Assembly: GCA_964016885.1 (NCBI GenBank)
Contig: OZ024763.1
Coordinates: 20,150,001 to 20,214,000 of the forward strand
Length of the DNA: 64,000 bases
From: Eledone cirrhosa
Taxonomy: Eukaryota
Direction of reading: 5' to 3'
In this document: positions 58,784 to 64,000 of the stretch, one piece after another
Layout of the letters: every line of letters begins with the position of its first letter
Position numbering within the stretch: position 1 is the first letter of the stretch
The notes under the pieces: generated by a model
Told to the model about the DNA's origin: nothing
The model's database searches: none
Seen by the model: only the letters and a program-made list of their open reading frames with translations
Position numbers and translations under genes: made by a program

Positions 58784-59127
58784 ATAATATCCTCCGTTAA
58801 GATATGTTCCAAACACCAGCTTGATAATGAGAAAGTTAGTTAAATTCCTAAATCGTTGCAAATTCTTGATTATTTTAAAAAATGATTTAAAAACCTAAAG
58901 TTAAGTGTCTTTCATTAGAAATATTGTTACGATAGAATTAAATATAGAATCTATTTCGACTTGCTTCCTTTGGGAAACTTTTAGATTCTTCACAAAATGG
59001 TTTCCTTTCTTTAATGGTATTGAGCAGCAAAGTGTATTCCCTTCTTGGATAAACACAATCTATCCTCTTAATACGATTTATATGTTGTTGTTGTTGCTGT
59101 TGTTTCTATAAAAAGAAAAGTCTCTCT

Positions 59128-59159
<32 letters not shown>

Positions 59160-59333
59160 ATCTCTCTCTCTCTTTCTTTCTCATTCTTTCTCATTCTCTC
59201 TAATTCTCTCTCTTTCTCTCTCTCTCTCTCACCATCCTCCCTCTCATTCTCTCTCTCCCACTTTATATATATTTGTGTTTGTGTGTAAGCATATGCTTGT
59301 ATGTGTATATGTTTGTTTGAGTACGTTTGTGTA

Positions 59334-59377
<44 letters not shown>

Positions 59378-59378
<1 letters not shown>

Positions 59379-59564
59379 ATTGTTTCTACTTTAGGCACAA
59401 GGCCAGCAATTACCCAGTACATTACTGGTACTTTATTTTATCGACCCCGTAAGGATGAAAGGTAAAGTTAACCTCGACGGGATTTGAACTCAGACCATAA
59501 AGGGACGTAACTATGCTAGAAAGCATGACGTCCAACCCTCTACCGATACTGCCAATTCACCGCC
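59378..59564 (-). mobile_element. SINE family A
   Basis: Full SINE body with A and B boxes. Confidence 0.88.
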
Positions 59565-59744
59565 ATAATATATAATATAATATAATATAAAGTGGTATAG
59601 TGCTTTCTTTTCGTTAAATTGTGTTGCTGCCGATGTTAATACGGTTTTCTTCAAAAATATATTGTTGTCTAACGATGAAATCAGAATGAAGGTCACGTAG
59701 TGAGAAAGAGGTTTCCCCGCTTTAATGGTAATCATCCCTGTAGA

Positions 59745-60620
59745 GACCACCACTACCTCTAACTCCAGCACTACCACCAACACCACCGACACTACCACCA
59801 GTTCCACCACCACCACTAGCTCCAGCATTACTACCATCACCACCGACACTACCACCACCTCCACCACCACTAGCTCCAGCATTACTACCACCACCACCAT
59901 CATCACCACCACCACTACCATCACCACCACCACCACTAGCTCCAGCATTACTACCATCACCACCGACACTACCACCACCACTAGCTCCAGCATTACTACC
60001 ATCACCACGACACTACCACCACCTCCACCACCACTAGCTCCAGCATTACTACCACCACCACCATCACCACCACCACCACTAGCTCCAGCATTACTACCAC
60101 CACCACCATCACCACCACCACCACCACCATCACCACCACCACCACTAGCTCCAGCATTACTACCATCACCACGACACTACCACCACCTCCACCACCACTA
60201 GCTCCAGCATTACTACCACCACCACCATCACCACCACCACCACTAGCTCCAGCATTACTACCACCACCACCATCACCACCACCACCACCACCATCACCAC
60301 CACCACCACCACTAGCTCCAGCATTACTACCATCACTACCGACACTACCACCACCTCCACCACCACTAGCTCCAGCATTACTACCACCACCACCATCACC
60401 ACCACCACCACTAGCTCCAGCATTACTACCACCACCACCATCACCACCACCACTACCATCACCACCACCACCACCACTAGCTCCAGCATTACCACCACAA
60501 CCACCACCACTAGCTCCAGCATTACCACCAACACCATCACCACCACTACCACCACCACTAACACCACCACTACCACTAAGACCACCAGCTCCTGCATTAC
60601 CACCGACACCACCACCACCT
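59745..60620. repeat. (CCA)n array punctuated by ctagctccagcatta
   Basis: Read directly from the sequence. Confidence 0.93.
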
Positions 60621-60810
60621 ACATCTATATTGTGTGAGTATATATTAGTGTTTATATAATGGTGTGGTGTCTGTGTATCTGTGTACATTCCATGACTCAT
60701 ACACTGTTCACTTTCCTGACATTTGTATATTATTCTATGTACTATACATGCACCTTTGATGAGTTGTAGTGCACCTGAGCACTGTACACAATAATTTTCA
60801 TTATATTTGT

Positions 60811-60911
60811 CCCGCCGAGGTTAACTTTGCCTTTCATCCTTACGGGGTCGATAAAATAAAGTACCAGTAATGTACTGGGTAATTGCTGACCTTGTGCCTA
60901 AAGTAGAAACA
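60811..60911 (+). mobile_element. SINE family A 3' half between two copies of a ~110 bp repeat
   Basis: TSD-like attatatttgt at 60800 and 60912. Flanks 60696-60800 and 60937-61040 are similar. Confidence 0.8.
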
Positions 60912-61419
60912 ATTATATTTGTGTGTGTGATTCTGTCTCATACACTATTCACTTTCCTGACATTTGTACATTATTCTGTGTATTATACATGCATCTTTGA
61001 TGAGTTGTAGTGCACCTGAGCACTGTACACAATCATTTCATATTATACTGTATTATATTATATCAAATATAATTTGTCTTTACAACATAAACGTGTGTCT
61101 ACGGAATACTCAACCAGTTACATTGTAAAATACAATGGTTATGTAGCTCTTTCCATTGATCGCCATAAATGGAACGCTAAAAGAGAAGTGGTGTTTACAG
61201 AACCTATATAATAGGCCATGTATCTTCCAGTACACCAAATTTTCCGTTATCAAAAATAATTGATTGTTTCTTTTAAACAGAAACGAAAATATCTATGGAG
61301 CCGAATTATGTTGTTTTCTACGTTATCGCCACATCAATATGGCGATTAAAATGGAGGATTCGAAACTATTGGCTTTGAGCCAACAAAGGAACTATTGTAT
61401 CGTTGTTTAATGTGTTGAG

Positions 61420-61575
61420 GGAGGCAAATTTGCCCAGTCGTTAGAACGTCGGATAGAATATTTTATGGTTGGTATTCGTTCCGGCTCCCACAGTTCAAAT
61501 CCAGCCGAGGTCGACTTTGCCTTTCATCCTTTCGAGATCGATAAAAAAAAGTACCAGTCTAGTACTGGGGTCGAT
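61420..61575 (+). mobile_element. Older SINE family A copy
   Basis: agttcaaatccagccgaggtcgactttgcctttcatcc...gtaccag. Confidence 0.75.
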
Positions 61576-62573
61576 TCTTCCTCTAATATCTCTTTCTCAT
61601 TTCTTCTCTCGCACTTTCTATCTTTCTCTGGAAGAAATCTGCAGTATCCAGGTCTGGAGAGGGATGGGCTCCGCCTGGCTTAAAATGCCCAAGAAACGCC
61701 GTATGTCAATACGGCGCCCCTACGACTCTACCAGGAGTTGCGGGACCATACCATACCTTTACTGCGCTAGAAATAGTAGTTAAATTATCTCCATCCTTCC
61801 TCTCCCCACCCCCTGTCGCCCCCACTTCCAGTTTTATATTACTTTGTTGAACTAGGTTGCATATTGATTAAACATTCGAGCGTCACGTGAAACGTCTTGC
61901 GGCCATTGATATGATAGTAAAGTGGAATATCAAAAAGTTCTGGCGTCGAGCCAACACTGGCACTAACTATGCGGACATTACATTTGCTATAAATAGCAGC
62001 CAAACCTCACACCAAACATCACCCTATTGTGTTGAAGTAGGTGACATATTGGATAAAGCGTTCGAGGGCTATGTGGGACGTCTTGCGTCTATTGATATGG
62101 GGATGAAGTGTATTATCAGAAAGTATTGGCTGCCAGCCTACAAGGGAACAACTATGACGTCGTTAAATGTGTTAGAAATAGCAGTCATATGCTTCCGCTC
62201 TCATCCACTCAACAACACTCTGTGTTAAACTAGGTTACATATGGGCAGGAAGGTTAGAGCGTCGTGTGAAACGTCTTGCGGTATTGAAATTAAAGTTCAA
62301 ATAGAAAAACCTGATTCCACCATCACGACGACCACCATCACCATCACCACCATTAGCAGCATTACTACCCCCAATTCCAGGCTATAATGCGTAAGGCAAT
62401 CTTCCCAAAACTCTCTAACAAGTCCATTAATCCATCGTCCCTGAACCTGTACTTTGTCTTAATCTTATTCTATCGTCCGATGAAGGTCTAGGGTCCAAAA
62501 CGTTAAGACACTACCTCCTACTATATCAACCGTATTGTTCTCTTATGTTGTTTTTCTTTGTTGACTTCTCGCA

Positions 62574-62633
<60 letters not shown>

Positions 62634-63669
62634 CATGTGTGTGTATGCATGTATGCGTGCGTGTATGTGTGCATGTGTGCGTGTGTGTGTTTGCATGTAT
62701 GCGTGTGTGTGTATAAATATGTGTATATGTAGTATATATATATATGTGTGTGTGTGTTTGAGTGTATGTATTCACGTAGATTTAGTTTTAAATGTGCGTG
62801 TTTGTGTGTGTGGTGTAGCCATTTAAGCAGAAAAATAGTGAGGAGGGTGTATATATATAATATATTTAGGTTTATATACACACACACACACACATCTATT
62901 ATATATCCATGGGTAATTTAACACAGACAGTTTGTCCTCGTTTACAATTATATTCGCTCACACACATACAACCACACTGCATAGACATACATTGCAAATA
63001 TATTGTATATGCGTTACACACACACACATAGCATATGCACTACACGCACACGCAACATATGTACTACACACACACACTCAGCATATGCACTACATACACA
63101 TACACACACACAACATATGCACTACACACTCACACACTCAGCATATGCACTACACACACAGCATATACACTACACAGACACACTACACTCCAAACAGCAT
63201 ATACACACACACATATACACACACACATATATACACTACACACACAGCATACACACACATAGCATATACACTACACACATACACACACTCAGCATATACA
63301 CTACACACATACACACACACAATATACGCTACACACACATACACACACACAATATACGCTACACACACATACACACACACAATATACACTACACACATAT
63401 ATACACACGGCATATGCACTACACACAAACACAGCGTATACACTGCACGCAATACAAATATGTTTCGTAGTGTTGCACACAAGGCATCAATTAAATGCAT
63501 ACAGAGTATTTTTAGACAACATTATGCCTGCATGAGCCCTTAACTCTCGACAGTCTTAGGGGCGCCGTAGTGATACACAGCATGACTAAGGCATTTAAGA
63601 GTCGGTGAAACCTATCTCCACCCAAAGTGTGAACACCAGTCTATTTCTTCCTATGAAAGACAGAGAGAA

Positions 63670-63703
<34 letters not shown>

Positions 63704-63708
<5 letters not shown>

Positions 63709-63920
63709 AACGAGTAGGACCCCGACGGCTGAGCTCAAGCCGTTTCGACGGCTAATTCTGGACAGAATTAGCCGTCGAAACGGCTTGAGCTCAGCCGTCG
63801 GGGTCCTACTCGTTCCTATTACCCACTCTACTACCCTAAGTATTGAGTACTTTGGTGCGTCTAAGTATTGAGTACTTTGGTGCGTTATGGTCCATCTGGT
63901 TCCTTACCACATTTCCTTCG

Positions 63921-63923
<3 letters not shown>
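63704..63923 (+). mobile_element. Hairpin-headed short element, copy 3
   Basis: Palindrome 63704-63819 plus the conserved tail, which has a 25-bp internal duplication. (TA)n flanks. Confidence 0.88.
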
Positions 63924-63971
<48 letters not shown>

Positions 63972-64000
63972 GTATAGGATTATCCAAGATGTAGTAATGG

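Overview
Eukaryotic, AT- and microsatellite-rich animal DNA. The SINE families and (TA)n density suggest an octopus-type cephalopod, which is an inference. Most long ORFs in the track are translations of simple repeats. One host gene is supported on the - strand: an ATG/signal-peptide exon (35309-35158) joined in phase 1, across a ~19.9 kb intron, to an FN3 + transmembrane exon (15307-14571), about 293 aa in total. The rest is mobile DNA. It includes a Rep-deleted Helitron and a non-autonomous one, a Tx1/L1 LINE sitting in (CTAT)n, and a Penelope-like (PLE) GIY-YIG element with many solo pseudo-LTRs. It also includes R4/Dong-, CRE- and RTE-type LINE fragments, mariner remnants and MITEs, two tRNA-SINE families and several minisatellites. 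The most striking pattern is more than a dozen short inserts in (TA)n tracts that are fold-back palindromes and/or carry minimal hammerhead ribozyme (HHR) motifs. In one four-copy family the palindrome apex coincides with HHR stem II, and each inverted arm copies the private substitutions of its own insert. This suggests ribozyme-hairpin-primed fold-back synthesis during (TA)n-targeted retrotransposition.
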